Shown here: piece by piece, positions 36,639 through 49,694 of the stretch
Position numbering within the stretch: position 1 is the stretch's first letter
Layout of the letters: every line of letters starts with the position of its first letter
Assembly (NCBI GenBank): GCA_965153455.1
Contig: OZ234493.1
Location: 30,866,213 to 30,930,212 of the forward strand
Direction: 5' to 3'
Length of the DNA: 64,000 bases
Source: Sphagnum compactum
Lineage: Eukaryota
Notes under the pieces: model-generated
What the model was told of the DNA's origin: nothing
Databases searched by the model: none
Seen by the model: the letters and a program-made list of their open reading frames with translations, nothing else
Made by a program: the position numbers and the translations under genes

Positions 36639-37454
36639 TGTTGAGAGGTTCGATAATAGGCAAAGATTCAACAACATGCCCAAAGGTGTTAACCAACAAG
36701 GTTGCTACCTTGAAATGAATAGACCAACAAGAAGAGTAGGAGGATCCAACATATAATAAGAGAAAACCAGAAAAACACAATTAGATTAAGTAGGAGAGGA
36801 TTAAAAATTAACACCATCAAAAGGAAAAGACCAAAAGCATGATCAAAAGGAAATGATTTTTAGAAGAACTATCATAGGCATGAAACCAACCCAGTCTATA
36901 GGATTTTAAAACCAAGACGAAAATGAGAGCAAGCCTAATTTCCAATCCAAATCGTGTTCAATAAGAAAAACAAAAACACAACACGGGCAAAACAAGAATC
37001 CAACAAGATTTTATTACAGAGAAGATACAAAAACTAAACAAGGTTATTACAAAAAAACGTACCCAAAATTGGTGTGAAATAAATTACAGATAATGGGCAA
37101 TCCTACCTACATTTATACCTATTAGGCATTTAACTCCAACCTACATGTGCGCCCATGTGTGAACTATGAGCAAACTAAAACTCAACTAAAAGTGGATTAA
37201 GATTTAATTAAGAACGAACTAAAAATTAATTAAAAATAAATTGGAAGTGAACTAAAAATTAACTAAAAGTGAATTGAAAGTTAACTAAAAGTGAACAAAG
37301 AATTAATTAGAAATGAACTAAAAGGGAAACTAAATTTTAATTAAAAGTTAATTAAGAGTGAACTGAAATTAAACTAAGAATTAAGTACAAGTTCATTACA
37401 AGTTATGAATGAACATTCAAATGAATGAATTCCACAGCATTGACATCCATGACA
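36639..37454 (-). mobile_element. Probable solo LTR
   Basis: On the minus strand it begins TGTCATGG (37454) and ends CTCTCAACA (36639). It has a U3-like tandem aactaaaagtga array at 37170-37380 and a TATAAAT box at about 37111-37117. No clear target-site duplication. Confidence 0.45.
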
Positions 37455-40354
37455 TGAACCACGCAAAGGGGATAAATATAATAGTATGATGGGGTTAATT
37501 TAATGTTGCATTGAACCATTCATATTTAACAACTTGGGGAAATTTATGAATTTTTTCCATGATGCCTTAAAAATTTGTTTATTCTTGGAAATTTTTTGGA
37601 AAATGTTTTAAAAGATGTTTTCAAAAAAATTGGTAGTTTGGGATTTTTTATGTTGCTTAATAGTTTCGGGCATATTATATAGGTTGAGTTTTTTCCATTT
37701 TTGCTCCAAATTTTGAAAACTCAAAAATCTTAATCTTTAAAAAGATTTGATGAAATTTCCAAGGATGTTTAAAAACATTGGGCAATTTTGGAATTTTAAT
37801 TCTACCTATGAAAATACAAATCTTGAAAAACATTTTTTTGTTGCCCAAATATTTTTGGTACTTTGAAAAAGTCTAGATGCTCAATACAATGGGGCATTTT
37901 GGGAATACATTGTTCAATAATTTTAGGCACCTTAAAAAGGTTGGAAATTTTCTCATTTCTACATAAACATTTTTGGGCGCTCTGAAAAAAAATCATGACA
38001 TTTGAATATTTTGCAATATTTGGGAATTTGTATGTTGCCTAGGACAATTTTGGGTAGAATATAAGGGCTGAAATTCTTGTTTCTCTCACATAAAAATGAG
38101 TATGTTGGCAAGAACAACATTAAAAGCTTTTGTGAATAAGAGGAAATATGGGAACTAAGTAATCTCGTTATTTCACCTTAATTTGATCCCAAATCTAGAA
38201 AAAATAAAATTCTTAAAGCTAAGATATCCCCAACACAATTATCCCTCTCTTAACACTAAGGCAATGTCATTTGCCAAGTCAGGTTTTCCCCTTTTGTGTG
38301 AATAATATTATATTGGGGTTTGTTTATTCTTTTAGTTTTTTTTTTTATCACCTTAGCGTGAATTTTGCTTAACAATTAATTCATTTAAAAGTAATACAAG
38401 GAATAAATAAAATAAATAAACCAACCTTAATTCTAGTTGTATTTCATTCACAAATGTCATGTCATGTCATTGTAGTTAAAAGGAGTTAAATGTTAAGGAA
38501 TAACTTATCCCAAGGATTTTTTTTTTCAATTTCATATATTTGGTTGCAAATTACGGTCAAATTATAAGGAGGTTAGTTTAACCCTTTCATTTCAAAGGAT
38601 TATCCTACTTTACATCCCTTACATCTAATAAAATTTATGATGTTCTTTATGAAAATTATGTTCCCCTAATTTCTTAAATTTTGAGTGGCTACCTTGCACA
38701 ATGACTTCATCACATTATTGTATTTTTAAAATATAACTCTTCAATGTATTTCTTCAATGTAGTTGAAGAGATGGAACATCATGATTTTGTAAAATACATA
38801 ACATATATGTTGTTCAAATTTTCACCCTAATGGTGTAGATGGATCAATTTGTAAGGTTGAATTATTTTCACTATAAATCTTCTATTTGTTGTTTTGTGTG
38901 AATAGAGATTGTATCATTATGTGTGGTTTTCTTGAACGGAGAAGCAAATAATCAAAAAAACTAAACATGTTTGATGCATAAGTGTGGTTTTTTGTTTGGA
39001 AGGAGGAGCAAATTGGTGAAAAACCTATAGAATTCAAACCATAATAAAAGAAATTAAACTAAACCAATGATTGCAATTTTTTTCCATATAAGTGTGGTGG
39101 GGATTAAATAATCAATATACATGTCCAATGAAAAAAAACTTGGGAACGAAATATTTTAATATTTCATTTGTAGCTTGAACATGTTACACCTTAACCAAAG
39201 TTTGAAATAAGTGCATTACTAGTGTTTTAAAACATAAGAAATAAACAAATGTCATTTGGGATGAATCAATCAAAGAGGTTCAACCTTATGTCATGGATGG
39301 CAACATTGGCCAACAACATCATCACATTTGAATTTCATCTTTTCAAACATTCATTTTTCATCCATAATGGATAAAGTTCATTCACCAGGTTGTAATTTAA
39401 TTATGATTTAACTATAATTCATTTTTAATTCATTTATATTTTAAAAAGTTTCTCAAAAAGGTTCCTTAGATGGTGACCATATGAAAGCTTTCATAGAAGT
39501 TTCTTTGAACTAGGTTTTCAAAATGGTATAAATAAGGTAGGACCTATCATTAACAAAATAAATAAAACTTGAAGAAGATTATCTAGACTTCATAAAGAAC
39601 TAAGTAAATTTATTGCAAGTTGAACACAATGAATTACCAAAACATAAAGGTCAAAACTTGTGTTATCATATTAAAGGGTGACATTTTCTAAACCTTTTCT
39701 TATATTATCCAATGGAACCTTTTACAATATTATCAACCTTTAAAAAAAATTTATCAACTAAAATTTTATTATTATTTTACTAAAAAACCTTTTAATTTTT
39801 TTTTGTTAATCACGTGCTTTAGAAGCTCCTATCAACTATTATTTAAGAAAAAAAAAAATCTAATTACATTTTTTAAAAAATTCTAAACATATTCTTCAAG
39901 GATTTTTATTTTTATTTTAAACATTTCCAAGCACATTCCTTAAGGATCTTTCTAAAAACCTTTAAGATTTTCCAAACATATTTTTTAAGGATCCTTTTAG
40001 AATTATTTCTCTATTGTTTACTATTCATGACAAGGGTTCACATTAAGCTTTAGTATGTTCAACATTTGTGTTAATTATGATATTAAACAATAACCTTATT
40101 CATTTCATTTCATGTTGATGGTTTCACATGTTATTAGAATAAAATTACATTTGCCTTTTGTTTTACATGTATATATTTTGTTTTTCATGTTTTGTGTTTA
40201 TAATTAGATTAGGCTTGTTTTTGCCATAATTTTTCTTACTTTTCATGTACCTTGGGAATTTTTTGGTCTTCATAATTTTCATGTTTATGACACCTTAAAA
40301 GTTAAATTCAAAATGAAACATGATTTTCTTAAAATGAAATAAGATTTTCTTAAT

Positions 40355-40800
40355 TAAATGTCACATGACTTAGGATTAGGTTTAACCTAAATGCCATGTG
40401 GCTTAAGTTTAAGCCTAACATAGATGGCATAGGTTTAGACTAAGTGTTGCATAGGATATTAAAACTTAAACCTAGTTTAAATGCCACATGGCTTAGGTGC
40501 AACATGGCATAAACCTAGCCTAGGTGCCATGTGGCATAGCCTAGATGTCATGTGGCCTAAACTTACTTTAGTTGCCCAGTAGTCTATCTAGCTTTAAGTT
40601 GAATTTACGTTTCACATAAATTACATAGCTTTAGGTTATTTTACTTGCTATTTAAAGTACATACCTTTAGGTTAAACTAAATGCCACATAGGTTGCCTAA
40701 CTTAGGCAAACTTTAGGTTGCATAAATCCAATGTGTCTATTGATGATTCATTAATTACTTATGTAATAAAAGTAAGTAGGTAGGCGACATAACCTAGGTA
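40355..40800. repeat. Degenerate tandem repeat built from gccacatggc/ttaggtt/aacctag units
   Basis: Recurrent tgccacatggcttagg, tgccatgtggc and aacctag motifs. Confidence 0.6.
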
Positions 40801-43439
40801 AACAAAAGTAAATAAGTAGGTAGTTTCAATGTCCATTAATGATTTGTGCACATTTTGCAAAAATGACCATTAAAACAATTGTTCAATAATTGGAGGGGGC
40901 AACCATCATATGATATATGACAATTGATGAATTTGTGTTTAGTATATGAAGCATGTAAGTGTCACTTGTAACTAGTTGTCAACTATGATTTATCAAATGC
41001 AACTATAAGGAATTTTATTGTGATTGTCGTTTACATTAAGAATTAGTTATAAATATAATCATTAGTTTATGATTTTCTTCTAATGTTAGTACACATAGTT
41101 ACAAATATATTTCAATCCACAGTAATATAAATATAATTATTTTAAAAATTTCTCCCATGGGTTATGTTTTACCATAATATGCAAAACCATTATGAAATCC
41201 CTTTTAGTTTTAACATGGTTTAAACTCAAATAAACACCACCCAAGAAAACAATATAATGTGATTACATAAAAAAATTACTATAATGTGTTTTCACCCTAT
41301 AATGTGCCCAATGATGGTGTATTGTTGTGTTCCTACAACTAGAACATTTAGAGCAATAAACCAAAAAAAAATCAATATTGTGTTGAATGTTGTGTAAATG
41401 TCCTTTTGAGTCTTTAATTGATTTAAGGTTAATTGTCTATATTATTATTATTTTGATAAATGAACCCAAAAAAATGCATTAAAATGTATTCAAGTTATAA
41501 CACATGAAAGAGTGAGAAGGTCTTCCCATTGTCTCATGCACCCCCAAAGGCTTTTCATAAGGTATTGATATAAACTTTTCAATACATTACAGAGAAAATT
41601 TAAACCAAGTTGGGCATGTTTATTAACTCCATGCATTAAAATGAAATGGTCATGCAATAACTTTGAGATAAGATTACAATGACATGTTCAACTTGAGCTC
41701 TTACACTACATAAATATTGTATTTGCAACTAAAATGGTGACGAACAAGCCATAAATTAACATAAATTCATAAGATTCATTTGGACTTGGGAGGAATCATC
41801 ATTTTATTCCCTATATTAACATTGTATCTACCTACAAGGATTCCATGAAATATTTATTTTTCTTTAGACTCCCAAAAGGAAATCCCAAAATTGAGGTATC
41901 ACATGTTTCAATTTTTCAAATATCATGAAATGATATTCAAACATAACAATTTAAAAGTATATTTTGTAACTTTTCAAATCCATATGAAGCATTTCAATCA
42001 ATTTTCATTTATGTATTACTAAGGAATCATTTTGACAATTTGATTTTTGAATATTCAAATGGTGATAACTTATGCTACATATATTTGTTTTGAGAATGCA
42101 ACCTCATTAATTGTAATATTTGTCAATGCCTTTTTCAATGGTTTGAAGAGAGCCCAATTTGAACAAGGTTTGGGGATTCAAATATTCAGGATAATTTTAA
42201 ACCTCCAACTCCCTAAGTGGAAGTTCAACTTGGGTTTGTTGGGAGTGTTTTCTTTTGATTATTACATGCACTCCCACTTCATCTAGGAGTTTTGTTACAA
42301 TTTCTTACACATTATAAGTCTCTGTTCCTTGATTGATTGATTCCATTTAAGGGTATTCAATTTTTTTCATATTGAAAAAGACACATTAATGGCCATCCCA
42401 TGGATCGGTCATGCACCCAAATCGGGGTTGCAACATGTTTATTCCGGGGATTGTTTCTTCTATTGGGCACTATAATGTTTGACACCATTGGGATGTGTGG
42501 GTTGGGGGGGGGGGCACGTTTAACATTGCAAGTGATGACAATCAAATCTTTGGAAGGCTTTTGCATTGGTTTTTTATAGTTTTTTGATGGGAGATGTTCT
42601 AACATTATTATTTATGTATAGGAGAAGGTGATGCTATCATGACATTATGCCATGAGCCTCTAGCACATCAAGTGGGAGAAAAAAATCCATGTGGTGAAGT
42701 CCTTGAAAATAACAAAAATAAAATTCTCCAAGTTTGTTACTAGTTAAATATATCAATGTTAAGTGATACTTTTGTTTGGAAAAAGAAAGAATTTAGAAAT
42801 AAAGGTTGGGCATGTGGATCCTTGAACATTTGTTTTCAGCAAATCAAAGTATTGGTGAAAGAAACTACCATAAAATATTACTTATTTGCCATTTTTTCTA
42901 AGAAACCCATAAGTTTTTCTTTGAAATTTTGGAACTTAAGGTTATCAAAAATCAAAGAACTATCCAATACTGAATTATACAATAAAATATTTTGTTGTTT
43001 TCTTTTATCACATTGAGATTTTTCAAACCAATATACTTTACCTTTAGTATTACTAAAAAACTCTTGATGAATAAGGATGCATTAGAATTATTTTACAATG
43101 TTTAGTCCTATTGTGGAAGAATTGTTGAATTTTGGGAATATTAATTAAAAAGTTTCATCGTAATAATATTTCATAAAAATCAATTAAAACAAACTTAAAA
43201 AAGAACCAAAGGTGCATTCTTAGTATTTTTTAAGAACCCTTGATGAGTAGGAGTGCATGTGACCTTGGTCTTTTGTGCATACCCGGTCATCTTGACCCAA
43301 TTAGTAACCTGTTGAACTAGTGATGTACATAATTGGTAGTCTATAAAGTAGGTGGTTGGCATAATCGATAGTTCCATGAATGGGTAATTAAAACACATTG
43401 ATTTTTGAAATTTTGGAGTATTAGTGTAAGACTCTAAGG

Positions 43440-46342
43440 CATGTCCACATAATAATGTTGGACAACTTCTGACCTGTTGGTAGACAAATCATCAGTTGTT
43501 GTTTGTTGAATTGTTTCAGTTATACGTAAAAGTTCTGTAATGGTGGTTTTTCCCCCCAATCTTGATTATGATCTTCAAATGTTGTGTGATCTTTTTCATA
43601 TTCATTTTGTTGTTCATTGATGCTTGTTGTAGTGTTCATTTTAGATGGTCAAGTCTTGCTATCCGTTGCCTTGCCCGGGTTGAAAGGGCATATACTTGTA
43701 GCCTTAAATCTAAACTTGATATTTTTTATTGAATGATTGTTCTAAAGCCCAATCTACCCATCCAACCATGGTTTTCTTGTTTTCAATCCATGTGATTGCT
43801 TTTAGACATAGTTGCATCCTTAACTTTTTAATATGTTATTTTAAATGGCTTGAAACAACTTACATCTAATGGTTGTAGAACATGAGATGTATGGGATGAC
43901 AAGGTGATCATATTTAGCCCAAATTCACAAGTTTGCTCTATTGTTTTGCGGGTAACATGGCTGCCATGCCCATTTATAATTAACAAATGCCTATTGGTGA
44001 GAGACACTCCACTTGGAATAATTTGAAGGAAAAAAAAAACTCTTTGAATAAGAAGGAAGTTATTCAAATTTTCCTTTGCATTGCCATGCAACTCCTTGGT
44101 TTACAGAATTTGATGTAATCACCTTGTAATCTTTCACCTTTGAAAATGTAAAACCTTAATAGGTTAGTTCTTACAACATTTATTGCACAATTTATAGTTC
44201 ACCATTCCCTAGACTTGGGGATGGTGCTATAAATTGCATTTGATCCTCTCCTAGCCAAAACTTTGCATTCGATTATCTACCAACCTGAATTTCTATTTCA
44301 TTTAAATTCCATACATGATTTGTAAGATAATTATGTTGATCATATAGCGAATGAAGGTTGGTGTAAAATGGACTATAGGAACTAAGAGTCAATCCCTGTG
44401 TTCTATAAATTTATAGACTTTCTACTTGTTGAATGTTCAGTTCAGGGTGTCTACATTTGAACTAATACCATCAACTATTCCCTAGTATCCCATTTTCAAA
44501 ATGGTGTAACCCTTGTTTGTGTTAGCTCTATAACCTTCATCTTTAGTTTTTGTAGGCTTATGGACAGTCCATAATCTTGCATAACTAAAGTCCAAACAAT
44601 CACCACTGCATCTTCTTCTTATGTAAACACACCTTTTGTCCCCATCTTGCTAGATTTTGTTTTGTCGTTTAGTTGGTCAGAAAGAAAGCTTAAACAAATG
44701 TTCCATGATCTATTAGCACTCCTTAAAGAATAGGTCGTATTCTCAACAACATCCATTGTTTCTTCCAATGCTTGATATGTCCACATGCTTGTCTTTCTTA
44801 CTACAACGATTTTATTTAGATGTTGACTTGAATTTGGCACTTGTGCATTAGGAATAGGGGGTACATTTTCCTTATTTGCTATTTGAAGGTACACCAAGTT
44901 GCTTTGTTGCTTTTGCGACACATTCAAGTTCATGATTGCTGTGATTTTCCTAGTCCCAACCTCCAAGAACTTAGTGGTGTGCATTCTGGCCCAACCAATG
45001 GTATCCTTTCTCTTTCTTGTATACAACCCAAAAATCTAGAAAATATAATAAGTTTGAAAATGTTGTCAATGCATGTTCAAGTATTACGATGTTAAAGTAG
45101 AGAGAATAAAATTTTGAAAAATCTTCCCACACTAAATCAACATCTTCTTTTGATGTGTAAGTTGTGAGAAAAAATATATATGAACAATTGATATGAGTTA
45201 ATTGATCCCTTGGTCTCTTGAAATACCTTGACCCAACATTTTAAACTATAGGCTTTTGGATCCAATCATAATCCAAGTATTGCTTAAATCTCAGTTTGTA
45301 AATCCTTTCTATGGTTTTTATCCTTATTTCTCATGATGATCCCAATTTTCTACATGTTCTATTTTCACCTTGAAATCTAGTTGTTGTAGCTTTGATTTTG
45401 GAGTTGGTCCTTGCTTTTCTACATGCTCTATTGTCACCTTGACATCTAATTTTTGTAGATTTATTTTTAGATATGGGTTTTGATCTTCTACATGATGTGA
45501 TTTTTCCTTGAAACCTACCTTTTGAAAGAAGAGTTTCAAACTTGACTTACCCTCTTTTTTGATCTCTACTTTCATCGGTAGATCTTCATTTTCACTTGCA
45601 TTGAGACCCAAGAAATCTAAGCAGAGTTCGAATTGTTCTTCCATTTTAGCTTGTAGGGATGACATACTTAAACAGAATTGGAAACAAAAATAAACTAGTG
45701 TTTTAATTTCAACTTAAGATTAAACTTGATTTTCATTGAGTTTTTTTTTGGAGGGAATTTGAAATGCTTTTGCATAGTAGGAATCTGGAAGGGGGATCCT
45801 TTCGAAGACTAGTAAATGAGTTTCTTTGGAGGACTCAAAAAATTCATGTCCTTTGTTGACTTTTGTGTAATGTATTTTCGTTAAAATTTAGAGTTCATTC
45901 ATGAACAATTTGATGGCCTTCAATGTGATAAACAAACTCCCATCACCAAATGTTCTCTTTGAGTTTGTTATTGCTTTGTGAAACCAAATCCAACCTAACC
46001 GTAATCTAACCATTGGCTTTGAATGGACCAATTGGGTTTTTTCCCCTATTTTGTCTCAAAAGGCACCCATTACCAAACACTCCAGTGTGAATTAAAACCT
46101 TCCCCATTATATTTCTTTTCAATTATGTGCATGAACCCCCTCCCCCCTTTAACCACACATTAAACCAAAATTCCAAAATCTTCCTTTAAAATTACCGAAC
46201 ATAATTTTTTAATACCGAGCTTCAGTCATGGGAAAATTTTAAAAAGGCTTGTAGGTGCACAAATGATTATTGATAGGCATCGACCTGACCTAATGGGGTG
46301 TTCGATTACCAACTCCTGTTCGGCGGGGGGGGGGCATGTTTA
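43440..46342 (-). mobile_element. Degenerate pogo/Fot1-like transposase element, copy 2 (inverted relative to copy 1, 3'-truncated)
   Basis: ORF fragments MSSLQAKMEEQFELCLDFLG (45665-45324), psq-HTH WTYQALEETMDVVENTTYSLRSANRSWNI, and DDE_1 RHLLIINGHGSHVT...LSSHTSHVLQPLDVSCFKPFK (44091-43828). The 5' non-coding part (45700-46080) aligns with 33490-33870. Confidence 0.9.
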
Positions 46343-46494
46343 ACCTATGATATTGAAAGTTCAATTAAATTACAAAAAATGGTTGTGGAAGGAGAAATTA
46401 GTTAGGTGACGAGTTCACACTTGGGCAAACGGCACAGGTGCCACATGGATCCTCGTTTGCCAGTGTGAACCAGCACACATATTTTTGAACGTGT

Positions 46495-46595
46495 GATTAG
46501 GGTTTTGATCGGACGGTGAGTGACTCTTTAGGTTTAGGGCTCTGCAGGCATTTGTCGGAGATCGGACGGTGAGAGGCGGTCTAGATTTAGGGCTA
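46495..46595 (+). promoter_or_regulatory. RPL35 promoter: telo-boxes and duplicated GATCGGACGGTGAG motif
   Basis: TTAGGGTTT at about 46497, TTTAGGGCT at about 46533 and 46586, and GATCGGACGGTGAG at 46507 and 46560. Confidence 0.65.
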
Positions 46596-46703
46596 GGCAG
46601 CAGAAGAAGAGATTTTCGACAAGAGCGTTGTTGTTCTTTCTTGTCTGCTCTTGCTTCCGGCGCTATTGTCCCGCCATCGCGCTAACAGCAGGCGCTCTTC
46701 GTC

Positions 46704-47371
46704 ATGGCTAAGATCAAGGTTCACGAGCTGCGGTCTAAGAGCAAGACCGAACTCCTTAATCAGGTCTGCGATTTTTCCAAGAATCTGGGGACGTTTTTAT
46801 TTGGGCCTGACATTGCATCGTTGTGGCTTGGCATGCCTGGTCTCTTCGTATTTGTCTCTTGTCTTTGACCATGTGCATTGAAGAATGATGAGATTGTTGC
46901 CCTCGTTTGGGATGAGCCAACTTACAGATGCTTGTTGAAACGATGTAGTTGAAGGAGTTGAAGGCGGAGTTGGCTCTTTTGAGGGTAGCTAAGGTGACAG
47001 GAGGTGCGCCTAACAAGCTTTCGAAGATCAAGGTGGTAAGACTGTCCATCGCCCAAGTACTGACTGTCATCAGTCAGACGCAGAAAGCTAGTTTGCGGCA
47101 AGCGTATAGCAAGAAGAAATATATGCCCCTGGATTTGCGCCCTAAGAAGACTAGGGCTATTCGGAGGCGGCTCACCAAGCATCAGGTATCAATTCCTGTC
47201 TATTTTATTCATTTTCCAATGCTATTAGTTCGTGTCTGCAGTCAAGCAATCTTCGTGGTTAATTTATTTTGTGAGGGGAATGTGGCGTGCTTGCAGTTGT
47301 CCATCAAGACCGAGCGACAGAAGAAGAAAGAGGCTTACTTCCCCTTGAGGAAATTCGCTGTAAAAGCCTAG
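46704..47371 (+). CDS. RPL35: 60S ribosomal protein L35 (uL29), 123 aa; exons 46704-46763, 46949-47185, 47297-47371
   Basis: [63 protein letters not shown]...[46 protein letters not shown]. Confidence 0.99.
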
Positions 47372-49673
47372 TGCTTCTTGTCAGTTTCTGGATATCCATT
47401 TCAACTGAAGTAAAGTTTCCACATAAAGATTTCTTGCTATGTGTCGTGTTATCTATGGAGGGATTCTAAATGTAGTTTGTTGCCTTGTTGACTTAGGAGT
47501 TCCGCAACTGTGGCCAAAGAATTTGGAAATCCAATAGTTTTGAATTTGCAGTTTTGGTGCTGTAAGGTGACATCCATTGACAAAAGTTTGTGGCAGTTTA
47601 GCTTTTGGGCAAGCAAATGTATCATTTGTTTCATTGTTGATGCTATTGAATGCCAAAGGTCTAGTACTATTACTCTGTTGTTGCTTGAAGCCCAGCTTGC
47701 AAACATATTTTCAAAACAAAGTCTAATGGATGGCACACTGTCCACTGGAGATGTATTGGAGAGTGCAATGTTATCTATGTAAATTTGAAGAACTTCCAAG
47801 TCTATCAGCAACAGAGTATTCTGAGAAGTGTTTTGTTTCTGTTTCCAATTGTGGTGATTGAGAAGTATGGTAGTTTCATCTTCAAGAACACCAGTTGAAG
47901 CATGGTTGATGGTGTTACATGGTTAGGTTTGGTCATTTTTCTCAGTTTTATTTCATGAATCTAGTTGGTCCATGTTTGAAGGGTCCATTGACCATAGAGT
48001 AGTTCCTTTGTTTTTGTGTCATTGATGTGCTGTTGCTTTGATGTCTGCTTCTGCTTGATCTGTTAGCTGTAGATCCAGAGGCCACTGGTATGCTCCCATT
48101 CTTTGTAGCTTAGTCTCAGATTTGCTTGATTTCATGTGCATATCATGGGTTTTCTTTGCATGTTTCTTTTCAAGCAGTGAGGTTTGGTAGCTCCACTGTA
48201 ACCTAAGAAACCACAAAGACCTTAGGTGCAGTGCCTTTCCTCAGACTGTCCAGCTTCGTGTTCACAATTGTTCACTGGGGATCTGAGTTGCAATTTTTCT
48301 TTTGCTTTCTTAGCGTTGGAAGCCCTGCCTCCTTTTGGTGGTGGGTTGGGCGTTGTTCACACCTGTTATTGAGATTGACTAAGGTTTCTTCCCTGCAGTG
48401 TGCACAAAATCCTTGAAACCAAATAACAGTTGTGCTGCTAAGAGAAGCAATGAATGACCAGCCAGAGCTATCCTAAACATCTGCAATGCTTCAGCACTGT
48501 AACCAGCAACTGTTCCACTGAACAACATTAAGGTGTAGGGTGCCAGCTTAAAAAATTTGTGGTATGCTTGTTTGATCTGTTGCTCCAGTGTTGTCTACTA
48601 GAGTATGGCATTGATGCACTCCACCTTCTGTTCTTATTCAACTGGTTTCTATGAACCTTGAAAGAAATTTCCATCCTGTAGCATATGCAGGGATTTGCTC
48701 AGTTGTCTCTAATTAATACTAGAGAATACCAGTTTAGAAAAGGTCAATGTACCTTCTCTTTGTCCAACTTGTCATGCAGCTCCTTTTCTGCAGAATCGCA
48801 TTTTCACACAAACAGATGATGCTTACTTCTTTGGGTTCCAGAAGTGAACTTTGCTGTGAGAGAGAAGCAAGCCCAGGGAATGTCTTGCAGCCTCTAATTC
48901 CTCTGAGCCTTCATTACACTACTTGGTTAATATCTGCACCTTTTGATTCTCTCATGTTTTGTTGGTTGTGGTGGTGCAACCATTGGTAGCACCAAAAGCA
49001 TCCAAAGGCAAGCAAAACTACTTGCCAGACCCTTTTGCAATCTTGAGCATCTCAAGAACACAAAAGGAAAACAAAGTTTGACAGTGTCATGGGAAAAGTC
49101 AACACTCACATCAGCACTAAGGGATCTGAGAACTGGCAATGACGTTGTCCCATTTCAGTTGGGTGACAATGTATATAAGCTGCTAGTCTATCTTATCCTT
49201 GGCTCATGTAGTGCACCCTATTCCGAAAGCTTCTTGTCAAACGAAACCCTGGAGCAAGAGTACAAAGTAAAGAGAATTTTGGGTGGGGATTTTGGATTGC
49301 CTTAGCAGAATTTCTGGAGCTGATGGAGGGAGGATGTGCTAAACCCTGAGAATCAAAGAGGATAAGTGGGTGTGGTGGTGGAACGATTATACTAATGACA
49401 AGATATCTGACAAACCCTAATACTTGACTTGTTTGGTCCCTTCCCATTCTCTCCAAAGCTCAATTTTGAGGGTAACCTAATGGTCGAGTGTCTACAAAGA
49501 TTGACCAGACCCAAAAATCCAATACTTGTACCAATTAGTATGTTCAAAAACTGATATCCACCTAACATTAGTATCATCAACCAATGATACCAATGTTGGG
49601 TCATTCTCTCTATTGTATAGAACCTTTCAGGTTGGAAAGCCCTAAAGATAGGGTTCAAGATGATTATATACGT

Positions 49674-49694
49674 ATATATATATATATATATATA
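49674..49694. repeat. (TA)n microsatellite
   Basis: Run of ta dinucleotides. Confidence 0.9.

Noticed and set aside
37170..37380. Tandem aactaaaagtga units as a possible CRISPR-like array
   Set aside because: They are degenerate AT-rich repeats without unique spacers, in a eukaryotic LTR-like context.
46884..46948. ATGATGA (box C-like) in RPL35 intron 1
   Set aside because: No downstream CTGA box D occurs within the intron.
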